Shown here: in pieces, positions 62,797-64,000 of the stretch
How the letters are laid out: each line of letters opens with the position of its first letter
Position numbering within the stretch: the first letter of the stretch is position 1
NCBI GenBank assembly: GCA_964406665.1
Contig: CAYOSQ010000001.1
Span: forward strand, 7,412-71,411
Length of the DNA: 64,000 nucleotides
Direction: 5' to 3'
Source of the DNA: an uncultured Planctomycetia bacterium
GTDB taxonomy: Bacteria; Omnitrophota; Gorgyraeia; VGKH01; JBHPFN01
Notes under the pieces: generated by a model
The model's input: the letters and a program-made list of their open reading frames with translations, nothing else
Told to the model about the DNA's origin: nothing
Database searches by the model: none
Program-made: the position numbers and the translations under genes

Positions 62797-63462
62797 CTAT
62801 ATTTTACCGATCAAACTCACCAATAGCTGTTGTTCATTCTCTATTAAAGTCAAAGCAATGATATCATCTCCGGGCAAAAGAACAGTATCACCTTGAGGAA
62901 CAACAACCTCATCTTTTCTTATAATAGAAACCATGACTGAACTAGGAGGAAGTGTAATTTCCTGCAAGCTCTTATTTACTACGGGTGAATCTTTACTGAG
63001 GTCAACACGCACTATCGCTAATTTACCGCGTTTAAAGCTTAGCAAATTTACAAAATCTGAAAAAGAAGCTTCTTCTTCTATAATTTTAGCGATTATACTA
63101 GTTGAGTCTATGGGAACATCCACGCCTAAATCACTTAAGGCACGTGTATTGGTAGGATCGTTAACTCTGCCGACTGTCCGGCTGATTCCAAACTTATCTT
63201 TAGCTAGTTGACAAATAACTAAATTATCTTGATCGGCTCCGGTCACTGCGGCTAAAACATCTGCTCGCTCAATACCTGCTTGCTCAAGACTATCTACGTT
63301 GCAACCATCTCCGTTAATAACTAAAAGTCCTCCCAGAGATGATTTTATCTCCTCGCAGACAGCTTTTTCTTTTTCTATAATTACTACCTTATGATTATCC
63401 GCAACAAGTTTTTTACCTAAGAAAAATCCTACTTTACCACCACCAACAATTATAATATACAT
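62797..63462 (-). CDS. trkA: Trk system NAD-binding regulatory subunit (TrkA-N plus TrkA-C)
   Basis: MYIIIVGGGKVGFFLGKKL Rossmann start and a C-terminal TrkA-C-like fold. Confidence 0.75.
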   Translation of the reverse strand: MYIIIVGGGKVGFFLGKKLVADNHKVVIIEKEKAVCEEIKSSLGGLLVINGDGCNVDSLEQAGIERADVLAAVTGADQDNLVICQLAKDKFGISRTVGRVNDPTNTRALSDLGVDVPIDSTSIIAKIIEEEASFSDFVNLLSFKRGKLAIVRVDLSKDSPVVNKSLQEITLPPSSVMVSIIRKDEVVVPQGDTVLLPGDDIIALTLIENEQQLLVSLIGKI

Positions 63463-63483
63463 AAAGCCTGCTCCTTAATCACT

Positions 63484-64000
63484 CTATGAAAAAAGCTTTT
63501 TGATTTTATTAATGCTCGACATTTTAAGAACACCCAAAACTCTGTCGCCAGCTTCCACTATCATTTCTGGTTGAGGAATAACTGTATCTTTGCCTCGGAT
63601 AACGGCAACCACGATAAACTCTTCTGGGATATTAATTTGAGCAACGGAGCTACCATCTAATTTTTCATCTACCTCTATCTCCATGGTGCCCAACTTACCG
63701 CTTTCAACCAAATAGCTAGAAAGATGCTTTTCTATCAATTTATCCCTAAACATCGCTGCCAGTAATTCTGTTCCACTAATAATATCTAAGCCAAACTCTT
63801 TATAAATATTTGCTCTGCGTGGATCATACATGCGTGCAATAACACGAGGAATGTTAAATATTTTCTTAGCTATTTGAGATGCCATAATATTAGTATTGTC
63901 GTCGTGGGTAACCGCACAAAAGGCTTCGGCTTTTTCAATACCGGCGTTTCTTAATACATCTAAAGTAAAACCGTTGCCAACAACAGTTAGGCCGTTGAAA
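63484..64000 (-). CDS. trkA: Second TrkA-family subunit, partial, continuing past the window end
   Basis: The frame remains open upstream of the tracked Met. The reverse complement of 63886-64000 encodes ...VVGNGFTLDVLRNAGIEKAEAFCAVTHDDNTNI, typical of the TrkA-N domain. Confidence 0.65.
   Translation of the reverse strand, partial: FNGLTVVGNGFTLDVLRNAGIEKAEAFCAVTHDDNTNIMASQIAKKIFNIPRVIARMYDPRRANIYKEFGLDIISGTELLAAMFRDKLIEKHLSSYLVESGKLGTMEIEVDEKLDGSSVAQINIPEEFIVVAVIRGKDTVIPQPEMIVEAGDRVLGVLKMSSINKIKKLFS

Overview
AT-rich (about 36% GC) bacterial chromosomal window. The housekeeping genes suggest an anaerobe from a low-GC, probably uncultivated lineage: a four-subunit pyruvate/2-oxoacid:ferredoxin oxidoreductase, RNase Y with a YmdB metallophosphoesterase, Dxs, IscU, RarA, PheST, GltX and TrkAH. 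Taxonomy cannot be resolved from sequence alone. The dominant feature is a roughly 30 kb pilus super-locus (about 2.6-33.0 kb) that is almost entirely on the minus strand. Its core is a Tad/Flp (type IVc) machine: TadC, TadB, a fused TadZ-TadA ATPase, an RcpA/CpaC secretin carrying an extra C-terminal TonB-C-like domain, CpaB/RcpC and a TadG-like protein. It also has a tandem array of at least nine Flp/TadE-type prepilin genes with G/A|QSxxEY-type class III leaders, and an internal 799 aa protein with an HTH-like N-terminus and a (Glu-Pro)n acidic linker. Embedded in the locus are two paralogous giant proteins (756 and 732 aa) with Flp-like leaders fused to ectodomains that are extraordinarily rich in Cys, Asp/Glu and Trp; I do not recognise these and regard them as the most novel element. 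Adjacent is a mirror-duplicated type IVa-like minor-pilin cassette. Each arm has a PilV/GspI-like and a PilW/GspJ-like prepilin (G|FTLxE-type leaders) followed by three paralogous PilX_N-domain proteins whose C-terminal domains are Cys-rich (ECHRRCDPxHCMRWCA motif). The locus ends at a tRNA-Glu, and is followed by a FIST sensor, a GAF histidine kinase and a REC-GGDDF response regulator; a PilZ protein lies further on. This suggests c-di-GMP control of the pilus. Elsewhere, three paralogous secreted proteins sharing a TTYYPAPFGAYK N-terminal module are scattered among housekeeping genes; two end in S74-type intramolecular-chaperone (tail-fibre-like) domains, and one splits the por operon. The window also contains a CsgG-like lipoprotein, a TIGR04073-like small protein, and tRNA-Glu, tRNA-Leu and tRNA-Gln. 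Tandem 146 bp repeats lie next to tRNA-Gln, with an inverted partial copy 1 kb away. Recently homogenised 5' modules occur within the paralogous adhesin-like genes.
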